Source: Pelagomonas calceolata (lineage: Eukaryota). Taken from it: DNA of 64,000 bases. Under the pieces are notes generated by a model. The model searched no databases, was not told the DNA's origin, and saw only the letters and a list, made by a program, of their open reading frames with translations. Numbering within the stretch: position 1 is the first letter of the stretch; each line of letters opens with the position of its first letter. The stretch spans positions 4,154,001-4,218,000 of the forward strand of contig CAKKNE010000005.1 in the NCBI GenBank assembly GCA_918797485.1. Reading direction: 5' to 3'. This document shows, piece after piece, positions 42,934 to 53,813 of this stretch. Made by a program: the position numbers and the translations under genes.

Positions 42934-44684
42934 ATGCTGCGGACCACCAGCCTCCTGCGCCGCCTCGGCCGGCGCCAGGCCTCCTTCAACGCCGCGTTAG
43001 CCGCGATGGACGCCATCGAGACGTCCGAGCGCTTAAGAGTAGCGGCGCTCGTCGGCGGTTTAAGATCGTGGGCGAAGGCGCAGGGCATCGTCTACGACGA
43101 CGACGAGCTGCAGAAGCTTTCGAGACCTGCGTCGCCGAACCCGCACCGCGCGCGGGAGAGACGAGGCGAGGACAATTTGGGAAGGAGCTACGAGGCTTTT
43201 GTAAGAGACGTCCTACGAGGATCGCTGCCTTCCGAAGAGGACTTTAGCCGAGTTCTGAGGACGGGCGCGGAGTTGCTGAGGAGCGAACCCGTCGTCAAGG
43301 AACTCAATGTGAGGGAGTCGCTGACCATTGTTGGAGATCTCCATGGCTCGTTGGGAGACTTGAATGCCGTCATGGGGCTCCACGGCCGGCCGTCGACCAA
43401 AAGCCGCATCATTTTTAATGGAGATTTTGTGGATAGAGGCCCGGACGGCGTCGAGGTCCTCGCGGCCGTGCTAGGGATGAAGCTCGCGTTCCCGAGGCAT
43501 GTGCACATCAATAGGGGCAACCACGAGGACGCTGCATTGTCCAGGGCTTATGATTTTGAGGCGGAACTCGTCGCGAAGTATGGGGTTGATACTTCCCTCT
43601 TAGATGACGCGGACGACGCGTTCGCCGCGATGCCGCTGGGCTGCGTCGTCAATCATGGTTCTACGAGGACCATGGTGCTGCACGGCCACTTGCCCCGGTC
43701 ATTGCCTTCGCTCGACGAGCTCAAGCGAGCGCCTCGGGTGCGGTCGGTCGTCGCCGAGAGCGAGGAGGACGTGGAACTTGTGAGGGACGTCCTCTGGAGC
43801 GACCCCTGGGATCAGAGTGATGTGGTGGATAATTTCAAGAGGAACGCGGGGTGCCTCATTCCCGACGGCGCGCTTGGGGAGTGGTTAGCAAGGGAGAAGT
43901 TCACGCGGTTGGTGCGCTCCCACGAAACAGAGGCGACCGGGGCGGCCGTGACGCCGGTGCCGAATGGGGAAAGATGGACCGTCTTTAGCTGTAGCCACTA
44001 CCCGAACCGCCAGGGCCTCACCCTGTGTGGAAATCAATCAGTCATCGAGCAGGTGTCACGTCGACGGCGTGGAGGTCGACGCGGCGATTCAGGAGGAACG
44101 CGCCGTAAAATTTTGATTTCCACGCAGGTCTCAACAAGGCTGCCGTCCTGCAGGTCGACGCGCGGGGCGCCGTCAACGTGCGGCGGTGGGACGCGGGTGA
44201 AGATGATAGGGCCCAGGGCGCGCTCGCGGCGCGCGTCCGCGGCGCGCTGTGGCGGCATAGGTCCCGGTTGCGGGACGCGCTCGCGGGGTGCTCTTCCATA
44301 TCTGCCGTGGCCAAGGCGATTAGTGATATTGTCGGCCAGGACGCGAAGGTCTGGGAGACCCACCTCCTCCCGTGCCTCGCCGACGGTTCCGCCGCGGAGG
44401 CGAAGTGGCACGAAATCCGCGACTTTCTTTCCGTCGACTTACCAGCGAGGCACCTGCCGCCGCGGGCGGCCACGTCACCGGCGGCGCACGCGGTCTTCGA
44501 TCTGCTGGACACGGACCGAGACGGCGTCGTCCGAAGAGCCGAGTTTTTCGACGCCGTCGGTGCGGTGAACCAAGTCGTCCCTCCAGAAAGGCGCATCGAC
44601 GGCGACTCCGTCTGGGGTTTATTAGATTGCAACGGCGACGGAGAATTGGAAAGAAACGAACTGGAGCGCGGCCTAAGGATATGA
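42934..44684 (+). CDS. PPP-family Ser/Thr phosphatase with EF hands (PPEF-like); 2 exons (intron 44015..44127)
   Basis: GDLHG, GDFVDRG, RGNHE, LWSDP, RSHE; EF hands DTDRDGVV and DCNGDGEL. Confidence 0.88.
44015..44127 (+). mobile_element. Introner family A intron (GC-AG)
   Basis: TSD GCCTCACC/GTCTCAAC; TIR CTGTGTGGAAATCAA...TTGATTTCCACGCAG; 3' half nearly identical to that of the 31741..31949 element. Confidence 0.88.
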
Positions 44685-45650
44685 TTATTTAATCGGCTCG
44701 CTTCGTTTTCCGAACATTTCCTCTCGATCCCTAGCAACGCTACACGTCGTGAACGGCCGCGAGCAGTTCGGTGATAACGCTCGCGCCGCCTCCACCAACG
44801 CGGCGTCATCCATATCGACCCAGAGGCTGCGGCAGGGCCAGGCTCTCAAGTTCTGCGTCGCGGACAGTTCGGAGGAGAGCACGTCCGCGAGACGCCAGCG
44901 GGACGCGTCCAGGGCGTCGATCGACGCGTCCGCCGCTTGTAAAGCTCGAAGGACCGGCGCGAAGGTCCGCTCGCCCTCGTCTAACAGGTCGGGCGCGACT
45001 TTAATGCCGACGAAGGACAGCAACCGCTCCGTCGTCAGGCGCCGTTCCACGACGTCCAGCAGATCAGATGCTGATCTCACTGTAAGTTGGGCCGTGTGTG
45101 CCGCGACGTGAGACACGCGGCAGTGCCACCGGACGTGCTGCGCGAGGCTCTCGGCGGCATTGCCTTGCGACGACGCCGCGACCGACGAGAGTAACGGCAA
45201 GGCGAGCCGCACGATCCGCGTGTACCCGTGGTTCTTGCCATACCCATAAGGCGGCGCGTGCGCCGTCTGTATCCATTCGACCTTGCGCGCCGTGGCGCCG
45301 CCCCGCTTCGCTAAGGCAACGTACCACGCGAAGAACGCGTCGGCGGCTTGCGAGGGAGGCGCCAATAGAGCGATTCTTGCCTCTGCTTTCGAGCCCTTCG
45401 GTGTGGCCGTGTAGCAGGCCGCGCCTAAACAACTCCGCAGCGTCTGCTCGAAGGCGGCCTCGTTCGGGAGTTTATGATTGCTCTCTGGCACGGGCTCGAC
45501 CGCTTCTTCGAAGCTGGGTTTGACGCGCGGCCAGAAGATCTCGCCCAAACCGGCGCCTGTAACTATGCTCACGACGACGGCTATTAACAGTCGCTTGTCG
45601 CGGTGCTTCAGAATCCCTTGCTTGGCAGAGCGCGCGTAGACGAGCTCCAT
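44685..45650 (-). CDS. Hypothetical type II membrane protein
   Basis: N-terminal TM helix; PPYGYGKNHGYTRIVR segment; coding bias. Confidence 0.6.
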   Translation of the reverse strand: MELVYARSAKQGILKHRDKRLLIAVVVSIVTGAGLGEIFWPRVKPSFEEAVEPVPESNHKLPNEAAFEQTLRSCLGAACYTATPKGSKAEARIALLAPPSQAADAFFAWYVALAKRGGATARKVEWIQTAHAPPYGYGKNHGYTRIVRLALPLLSSVAASSQGNAAESLAQHVRWHCRVSHVAAHTAQLTVRSASDLLDVVERRLTTERLLSFVGIKVAPDLLDEGERTFAPVLRALQAADASIDALDASRWRLADVLSSELSATQNLRAWPCRSLWVDMDDAALVEAARALSPNCSRPFTTCSVARDREEMFGKRSEPIK

Positions 45651-45875
45651 TGATTCTTCTTCCTTATGGCGTTTTTTTCTTCGTTGTGCCGCGCGCGGCG
45701 GGTGTATTTGTGCAAAAAGCTGTCTATGCTCTCGCAGCTGTGCTGCGGCTACAGGGCGTGTGGCGGCTCGAAGGCCGTAGCACGCTTCGAAGGCGTGAAT
45801 ATGGGGCTGACGAATCTGTCGCGACGGATCAATTAGGCTCTGTATCACGCAAAATCTGCTGCGGCAGGGCTTGCT

Positions 45876-45899
45876 GCTAGTGTCTTACATGCCGCTAGC
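45876..45899 (-). promoter_or_regulatory. Recurrent promoter element (divergent promoter)
   Basis: gctagtgtcttacatgccgctagc. Confidence 0.8.
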
Positions 45900-46053
45900 T
45901 CCGCCCAAGCCGCGGCGCCGCTACGCGCCCTGAAGCGCATACTGCTTGCCGCGCTGGCTGGAGGGTTCCAAGGCTTCCTCCTACTTCGCGCTGCAAGCGT
46001 GCCGGCTGCACCGCACGCCTCTCACACTGCCAAAGCAGCTATCACCAAATCCC

Positions 46054-48429
46054 ATGTCTGCCCAAAAAATACCGAAAAAGCGCACGGCGGCCAAAAAGGA
46101 GGACGACGACGACCCCTTCTTCGACGACGATTCTGATGACGAGCCCGTCGGCCGCGTCAACAAACCCAGGAAGAAGAGCAACTTCTCGAGCGACGGGCCC
46201 AGCCCCAGCAAGTACGACACCGCGCTGCCGCCGCCGCCACGCGACGAGCACAAGCCGCGCTGGGAGCAGGACGAACGACGGGACGCGCCGCCGCCGCGGC
46301 CGCGCGCGTCGATCTTCGCCGAGCCGCCGCGGCCGTCCGCGTTAAGAGGCAGGTCGCCGCCGAAGCGCGAGGCGCCGCCGGCCGCGGGGAGCCCGGCGCC
46401 GGCGCCTCGAGGAGGCAACGTCGGCTACGTGCGCACGGGGCCCCAGACGACCGTCGCGGAAAAGCCGCCGCCCGGGAAACCGGCCTTGCGCGCGCCCTGG
46501 TCCTGGAAGGAGTCGCGGTCGAAGCCCGGCGAGTTCTATTGTGTGAACGAGACGACGAATGAACGGCGCTGGGACGTCAACGAGGCCATGAAGGCGAAAC
46601 CGCCGTCGCCGCCGCGGTCGAGGCCCTACCATCCGCCGGACGAGGCGCCGCGCTCGCGGCCCTATAACCCTGATGAGCGCCGCCGCGACGAGGCGCCGCG
46701 ATCGCGGCCCTACCACCCGCCCGACGACCGCCGGGACGACCGCCGCCGCGACGACGACCGCCGGGACGACCGAAGGAGAGACGAGCGCGACCGGCCGCCG
46801 CCGCGGCGCGACGACTACTACGACCGCCGCGACCGCGACCGAGACGACCGCCGCCGGGACGACCGCGACGACCGCGACGACCGGCGGAGCCGCTACGATC
46901 ACGAGAGGAGGGACGAGCCGCCGCCGCGACGGTCGCGAAGCCGGTCACGCGACCGCCAAAAGAAGAAGAAGAAGAAGAAGCGCCGCGACCGCTCATCCAG
47001 CGAAGAAGCCCCGCCGAAAAGAAAATCTAGATTCAGCGCCGCGCCGCCCGCGGGCTATGCACCCCCGCCGCCTTCCAACGAAGCCGCCCAAGCGGCCCAG
47101 ATGCCCGACGTCGGGAAGGCCCTCGAGATGGCGCGGCAGCTGGCTTTGCAGAAGGCGAACGCCGGCAATGCCTTGAGCCTGCAAGGCATGCTCGGTGCGA
47201 ATCCCGAGCCAGGGAAGGTGTACAGAGCGGTCGTGGAGCGGTGCCAGACCTTCGGCGCCTTCTGCAAGACGGAGCCGGAAGGGTTCACGGGCATGATCCA
47301 CACGTCGGAGTTTGGGATTCGCGAATTTCGGCGGTATGAAGGTCCGCAAGACGTGGAAGCAGTAGTACCTCCCGGTTCTAGAGTTTATGTGCTCTGCAAG
47401 GAGATCAAGGACGGCAACAAAGTGGCGCTGTCGTTGGACGGGGTGAATCAAGAAAACGGCACGTATGATATCACGAAGACCAAGAGGTACCAGAACGACA
47501 ACGCTCGGGATAAGCCGCCACCGGCCGTTGGGTCCATCCATCGCGGCGCGGTCAAAAGGATCGAGTCCTATGGGGCCTTTGTGACGCTCGAAGGTTTCAG
47601 TGATGGCATGGTCCACGTCAGTCAATTATCTAGGAGTCAGAGATTCTACGACGCGCGGGACATCGAGCAGGCCTTCCCGCTGGGCGGTCCCATCTTCGTC
47701 CAGGTCGTCCAAGTGAAAGAGGGCAATAGGGTCGAGTTATCCGCCCAAGATGTGGATCAAGCGACGGGCCAGGCCTTGCCACCGCGACACCAGCACCAAG
47801 GACCGCGCGGCACGCTGCCGGACGTCGGGGCCGTGCTGAGGGGCCAGGTTAAGCGATTGGAGGGGTATGGAGTTTTTGTGGCCTTACCACCACCACATAA
47901 CATGGACGGCCTCGTGCACGTGTCTAGGATTCACCCCGACGGCGCGCGCTTGAACGACGCGGGCGACGTCGCGCAGTTCGCGCCGGTCGGCGCCGAGGTC
48001 TACGTCTTCGTCCAGGGCTACAAGGACGGTGGGAAATTAGAACTGTCCATGGCTCGGGTCGACCAGGCGACCGGTCAATTAAAACCAGAAATGCCGCGGC
48101 CGCCGCCGATGCCGAGCCACGGCATGATCGACCCCTACGCGCCGTCGCACGGCATGGTCGACCCCTACGCGCAGATGGCCCAGTTCGCTTGCGGCGTCGA
48201 TTCATCGCGGTGCCTTCGCCTTTTGAGTGTCGCGTCGGCGTTATCTATTGAGCACAGGTACGCGTCGGCCTACGCCCAGCCGCCGGGCATGCCGCCGCCG
48301 CCGGGATCCGTGCCGCCGCCGCCTCCTGGCAGCGTGCCGCCGCCGCCGGGGTCCGTGCCGCCGCCTCCGCCTCCAGGACCACCGCCGCCGGCCAACGTCC
48401 TTCCGGAGCCCGAGATTCCTGGAATGTAG
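46054..48429 (+). CDS. WW domain, RD/RS-rich region and three S1 RNA-binding domains (probable in-frame intron 48183..48257)
   Basis: WSWKESRSKPGEFYCVNETTNERRW; 3x FGAF/YGAF/YGVF...G(M/L)(I/V)HxS S1 motifs; Pro-rich tail. Confidence 0.8.
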   Translation: MSAQKIPKKRTAAKKEDDDDPFFDDDSDDEPVGRVNKPRKKSNFSSDGPSPSKYDTALPPPPRDEHKPRWEQDERRDAPPPRPRASIFAEPPRPSALRGRSPPKREAPPAAGSPAPAPRGGNVGYVRTGPQTTVAEKPPPGKPALRAPWSWKESRSKPGEFYCVNETTNERRWDVNEAMKAKPPSPPRSRPYHPPDEAPRSRPYNPDERRRDEAPRSRPYHPPDDRRDDRRRDDDRRDDRRRDERDRPPPRRDDYYDRRDRDRDDRRRDDRDDRDDRRSRYDHERRDEPPPRRSRSRSRDRQKKKKKKKRRDRSSSEEAPPKRKSRFSAAPPAGYAPPPPSNEAAQAAQMPDVGKALEMARQLALQKANAGNALSLQGMLGANPEPGKVYRAVVERCQTFGAFCKTEPEGFTGMIHTSEFGIREFRRYEGPQDVEAVVPPGSRVYVLCKEIKDGNKVALSLDGVNQENGTYDITKTKRYQNDNARDKPPPAVGSIHRGAVKRIESYGAFVTLEGFSDGMVHVSQLSRSQRFYDARDIEQAFPLGGPIFVQVVQVKEGNRVELSAQDVDQATGQALPPRHQHQGPRGTLPDVGAVLRGQVKRLEGYGVFVALPPPHNMDGLVHVSRIHPDGARLNDAGDVAQFAPVGAEVYVFVQGYKDGGKLELSMARVDQATGQLKPEMPRPPPMPSHGMIDPYAPSHGMVDPYAQMAQFACGVDSSRCLRLLSVASALSIEHRYASAYAQPPGMPPPPGSVPPPPPGSVPPPPGSVPPPPPPGPPPPANVLPEPEIPGM

Positions 48430-48482
48430 GCTCTTTTTAACGCATCGCACCGTTTTACTACACACCATATTTACAATAACTA

Positions 48483-49130
48483 CTAGCCGGCGACGACGCT
48501 GTCCGTGCACCAGCACCCAGAGACGGCGTAGCCCTCGTCGCCCGCGTCGGTGACCACCGGCTGTTTGGACAGAGAGAACGTGTACTCGATCACGGGCGTC
48601 TGCACAGCGAACGGCGCCGACGACCCGCCCGCCGGGAAGACGCGCACGCGCGCCGCCTTGCGCTCGTCGTCGCCGAGCATGCCCACGAACTCCCAGCGAG
48701 AGCACGCGAGCATCGGCCTGCGCGCGGCGCCGTGACGGCGTGCTGAGAACTACTTCCGCCGCGACGCCATCGCCGCGACGGCGTCTACTGGACGGACGCC
48801 GCCTTGCTACCTATACTCCGGGTTTTGTTCTATCATAGCTTTGAACCGACGCCAGGGGCCCGTAACTTGTTTATTCGCGGGACTCGCGAACTTGAAGGCC
48901 CGCATCGCGTCGCCGGCCTGCAGGGCATTCATTTGGGCGGTGACGACGTCTTCGGCCGACGCGCTCGGCTTCGGCCGGCGGATGTCGGCGCTCGCGGCTT
49001 CGAGGAAGCCGCCGTCTTCTGAGTGCAGTGGTGCCGCACGACGACGCGGTGCCGGCGCGACAAACGCTGCTATTCGGGACACCAGCAGCAGCACGAGGCT
49101 GTAGCGCCGAATGCGCGGCACCTCCAGCAT
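48483..49130 (-). CDS. DUF4864-like (NTF2-like) protein, probably plastid-targeted; 2 exons (intron 48718..48810)
   Basis: AEDVVTAQMNALQAGDAMRAFKFASP...FKAMI...EYR|PML; signal peptide ending IAA-F. Confidence 0.65.
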
Positions 49131-49242
49131 TTTCGCTCGGCAAAACTAATCAGCACTCTGTCCGCTCGCTGCGTCTTCACTGCGATGATAAATGATGCCC
49201 GTATGGCCGCGCACGGCGACGAAAACTCAGCGCTGCCTGCTT

Positions 49243-49266
49243 CCTAGTGTGTTACAGGACGCTAGC
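49243..49266 (-). promoter_or_regulatory. Recurrent promoter element (divergent promoter)
   Basis: cctagtgtgttacaggacgctagc. Confidence 0.78.
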
Positions 49267-49390
49267 TGCGTTTGCGGCTCGAGCATCGACGCGGCGCGCT
49301 TGTACGCCATCGGCGAGGCAGGTCTGCACGCTATTGCAGCCGTGCCTCGGTCAGCGACCAGTGCGCAACCGCTCGGAAGCAACCAGAGAC

Positions 49391-52300
49391 ATGGCAGCAA
49401 CCACTGCCAGCGAGGCGGTGCGCGTCACGCTCTGCAAGTCGCGCCGCCCTTTGTTAAGGCTCGACGTGGCGCCCTTCGCACTCATCTATGCTCTATTACA
49501 CGCATACGCCTGGATTTCGTTAATGAACGGCACGATATCGTACGAGACGCTCGCGTGCATCCCCGTCGCGCTCGCCGCGCACCTACTCCTCTTCCTGAGC
49601 ACGCGCTGGTCCGTTAGAATCAGATGCTGGGTCGCCTTTAGGACATGCGATCATAAGGATGCGACGCACGCGCTGGCTTTGTCGTCGACGGCCGCGCTCT
49701 GCGAATTAAAAGAGGAGGCACCTAGAGGCCGCTTCTTCTCATTTCAACGTAGAATATACGTCCAAGACGGTCCTACCTGGCGACCACATGCACCAAAGAC
49801 CCAGAGACCGCTCGCCGAGCTAGCACAGTGTACAGGATTGGAAACCAACGAGCAAGAAACGACACAAAGGAGGAGCTGGGGCCCCAACGCCTTCAACATC
49901 GAGGACCCGACCTTTTCCGAATTATTCGAGGAGCACTACCTGGCGCCGTTCTTCGTGTTCCAGGTCTTTTGCTGCGTTTTGTGGAGTTTAGACGAGTACT
50001 GGGTCTATTCGGCGTTCACGCTCGTTATGTTGTTATTATTTGAAGCTACTCTATGCATACAACGACTAAGAAACCTGGAACAGTTGCGAAGCATGCGGCG
50101 GCCCGCGCGGTTACTGTATGCCTACAGACAAAAAAAGTGGCGGCCCGTCATGTCCGACGACCTGCTACCGGGCGACGTCATCGCCCTCTCTTCTACTCAA
50201 AGACGGAAGGACCCGATACCCGTGCCCTGCGACTGCTTGTTGCTAGGAGGCTCGGCCGTGGTCTCAGAGGCGATGCTTACTGGTGAGAGCGTGCCCCAGC
50301 GCAAGGAAGGGTTAATCGATGCTGATTTAACTACAACGCTAGACGTCGACGGTGGTCATCGGAAGCACGTCCTGTTCGGGGGCACGGATTTGCTGGATGC
50401 GAGTCGTGGAGACAGCACGAGGTCTACACCCCCGAACGGCGGCGTCGAAGCGTTGGTGCTAAGGACGGGCTTCGAGACCGCACAAGGTTCACTCATGCGC
50501 ACGATCCTCTTCGCGACGGAGCAGGTCACTGGTAGCACGGAAACCGGAAAGTTTATTGGCGTGTTACTTATCTTCGCCGTCGTAGCCGCTCTCTACGTCC
50601 TCCAAGAGGGTCTGAAGGACCCGAGGAGAAACCGCTTCAAGCTCGGGCTCCACTGCATCCTCATCATCACGTCCGTCGTGCCGCCCGAGCTGCCGATGGA
50701 ATTATCTCTCGCGGTAACAAATTCCTTGCAGGCCTTAGGTCGCTCGGGCATCTTCTGCACGGAGCCCTTCCGCATCCAGTTCGCCGGCTCCGTCGACGTC
50801 TGTTGTTTTGACAAGACCGGAACACTTACCAGTGATGAATTGACGGCGCGCGGCGTCGCGTTTTCATCTGAGTTCATTGATGATAGAGCGAACCTACCAG
50901 CCGACACGTTGCTCGTGTTAGCGAGCTGCCACGCCGTTTCTAGAGGTTCAAATGGGTTGCTCGGCGATTCGCTCGAAAGGGCGCAGCTCCAATTTGCGGG
51001 TGTGGACCGTCCTGACAAGGTCCGCGTCCTGAAGCGATACGGCTTTTCGTCGGAGCTGCGCAGGATGACCTGCGCCTGCGCGCAAGGCGCTTCTACGGTT
51101 GTTACTTGCAAGGGCGCGCCCGAAGCGCTGAGGCCGCTCCTCCGAGACGTGCCGGCCGATTACGACGCGTTGTACGAGCAGCACGCGTCGAGGGGCATGA
51201 GGGTGCTCGCTTTAGCTTCTCGGGCCGTATCAAGTCAAATGGATTGGAAGAGTGTCGAGCGTTCGACGGCCGAAGCTGATCTAATCTTCCGGGGTTTCCT
51301 GTGTTTGACCTCGCCGCTCAAGCCCGGAACCAGAAACGTCATCCAACACCTACAAGCGTCCGGCCACAAGTGCGTTATTATTACGGGCGACAACGTGCTG
51401 ACGGCGGCGCACGTCGCGCGGTCGGTGGGCATTCTGGGCGATGACCAAACGTGGGTCTTGACGGCGAACGGCGAGTCGCCGGTCTGGCGGTCAGGTAATA
51501 GCGTAAAGCCCTTCGCGGCCGCACCTTCACAAGGCTTGTGCTGTCGCGGCGACGCCCTCGCGTCGTTATCTGAATTACAGGTCGCGATCGTCGCGTCGCG
51601 CTGTTCGGTATTTGCTCGATTCTCGCCGAAGCACAAGGAGAAGATCGTGGACGCCCTTAATAAGAGAGGCGTCACGACTTTGATGTGTGGTGATGGGACG
51701 AACGACGTGGGCGCGTTGAAACGAGCTCACGTCGGCGTGTCGATCGCGAACGCGCCGGAGCTCGAGAAGCGACTACCTTCTACGTCGGAAGACGTCGCGA
51801 CGATGAGGAAAACTTTAGCTGATGCGGAGCTATCGCTCTCGGACCAGGACCCGTCCCTGGTTCGATTGGGCGACGCCTCCATAGCGTCACCATTTACCTC
51901 CAAGAGAGCTACCATAGAATGTGTCTTAGCCATCGTGTGTCAAGGCCGGTGCACGCTCGTGAGCATGATCCAGATCTTCAAGATTCTGGCCGTCTTATGT
52001 CTCGTCTCGGCGTACATGCTGTCGTCGTTGTATTTGCACGGTGTGAAGCAAGGAACTGAGTGGAAATCAAATTTCGGGCACCCACGCCATCGACGCGACG
52101 TTGTCCCCGTGGCCGCGTCGGGTCGATGGCGTGGAGGCTCACTAAGGTTCACGCGAATGACCTAACTCACTGGTTGATTTCCACACAGGCAAGGTGATGC
52201 CCAGATGACCGTGTCCGGTATCTTGACGGCGGCGCTGTTCTTCTTGACGTCGCGGGCGAATCCCCTCGAGACGCTGTCGAAGAAACGGCCGCCTCGAGGC

Positions 52301-52726
52301 GTGTTTGAAATAAAACCGATCCTATCGATCGGTCTGCAGTTCGCGGCGCATCTACAAGCGTTGTTCAAGTGCCTCGAGTTGTGTGCGCCCTTCGCTTCCA
52401 ATGAAGAGAGTGTCCCGGACGGCGCCTTCGCTCCCTCGGTCCTGAACACGGCGATCTTCCTCCTGACGAGTTGCGTCCAGCTGAACACCTTCGCCTGCAA
52501 TTACGTGGGCCGGCCCTTCACGGAATCACTACGGGAGCACAAGCCCATGCTCTACGTGTTGTTGGCCGGGTATGCGGTGGTCTTTTTACTAGCAGCGGGA
52601 CTCGTGCCGCCTTTATCGGATTATCTCCGGCTCGTCGCGCCGCCTTCGTCCGACTTTCGGGCGCGGTTCCTCGGGCTGTTGCTGGCGGACTCGGCGACGG
52701 TTGCGGGGCTGAGCTTCGTCGCTTGA
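49391..52726 (+). CDS. ATP13A1: P5A-type ATPase (ATP13A1/Spf1); 2 exons (intron 52048..52188)
   Basis: TGES, PPELPMEL, FDKTGTLT, TGDN, MCGDGTNDVGALK, GDASIASPFTS. Confidence 0.9.
52048..52188 (+). mobile_element. Introner family A intron (GC-AG)
   Basis: TSD GCAAGGAA/GCAAGGTG; TIR CTGAGTGGAAATCAA...TTGATTTCCACACAG. Confidence 0.88.
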
Positions 52727-53028
52727 TCGGTCGGCGCGGCGGCTTTGCGCGGCGCGGACGGGGGGTACTTATCTTAAGCATTTGTGTTGATATTCGGCTC
52801 ATCGGTGCGAGGAGGAGGGGGTCTGTGGTATGGTGCTACTTACTTGTACAAGCTTGTGTGCGGAGATAAAAAATCGGGTTTTTCATCCAGCATTTTTTTG
52901 CGCTTAGCGGCGAGCACCGGGCTCTATAGGAGCTCGCGATATCTAGCTGACTGCCTTACGGCGCTTTGTGCCCGCATACGTCGCGGCGCGGCGGTTTCAT
53001 AGCTCTAACAAAGCAAAAAATTGATATA

Positions 53029-53754
53029 ATGGGCAAGAAATCCCGGAGACGAGACAAGGACTCGGGACCCCAAATTCCCCAGCCCAGCAAAGTCCCCCCG
53101 GTCATGCGAGGCACTATCAGAAAGACTAACGGTGTCAGAGCCTTTCTCGCCGGAAGCATCACGCCAGAGTCATTAAATATGATCCTCGAGAGACACAAGG
53201 TGCGCCACACCGCCCTGCGGCTGTTCGGAACAAAGCGCATGTACTCATACACCGACGACGAATGGGAGAAAAACCAGAGAGTTTGGGCCATGCGAAATGC
53301 GATAGTGGCAAGTCATCCCGAGGATGAATTGGCCTTAGACGAGTATCTATGCGCCGTCGTCGGTAATCAGTTCTTCCAGATGGGCTTCGGGTTGTCCCAC
53401 AAGAACCGGCCCTTTAATCAAACTCTGAAATATCTTATTTTGGATGAAGCTGCCGTCGCGCGTTGGCCGCGAGTTAAACCTCACTGGCGCCGGTTCCGAC
53501 GACGGCTTTGCACCAATTGCCACAACCACGCCCACCTTTCCGAGCCGCGTTACTTGGTGTGTGGCGCGTGTGGCGTGGCGCGCTACTGTTCGGAGGAGTG
53601 CCAAGCCGCGGATTGGCCCACGCACCAGGGGGAATGCTGCGGCGTCGGCGGTCTGCCTGGGGTGGCCGAGTTTGAACGTCTTCTCGGTGAGGCCGGCATA
53701 TCTATGGAGGAAGCGCGTAGGCATGGATATGGCGAGGGGGGTAAAAAATTATGA
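53029..53754 (+). CDS. MYND zinc-finger protein
   Basis: CTNC...CGACGVARYCSEECQAADWPTHQGEC. Confidence 0.8.
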   Translation: MGKKSRRRDKDSGPQIPQPSKVPPVMRGTIRKTNGVRAFLAGSITPESLNMILERHKVRHTALRLFGTKRMYSYTDDEWEKNQRVWAMRNAIVASHPEDELALDEYLCAVVGNQFFQMGFGLSHKNRPFNQTLKYLILDEAAVARWPRVKPHWRRFRRRLCTNCHNHAHLSEPRYLVCGACGVARYCSEECQAADWPTHQGECCGVGGLPGVAEFERLLGEAGISMEEARRHGYGEGGKKL

Positions 53755-53813
53755 GTTGAGTCAAACAACAAGTTTTAGGTCTCGAAAACCCCTCCCACGC
53801 CATCGACGCCTCA

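Noticed and set aside
46720..46990. GACGACCGCCGC-type repeats as a satellite
   Set aside because: Explained by the Arg/Asp-rich low-complexity coding region
53770..53813. Intron-type motif CCACGCCATCGACGC between the MYND and GCDH genes
   Set aside because: No convincing splice sites or TIRs found; may be a remnant or UTR intron but unsupported
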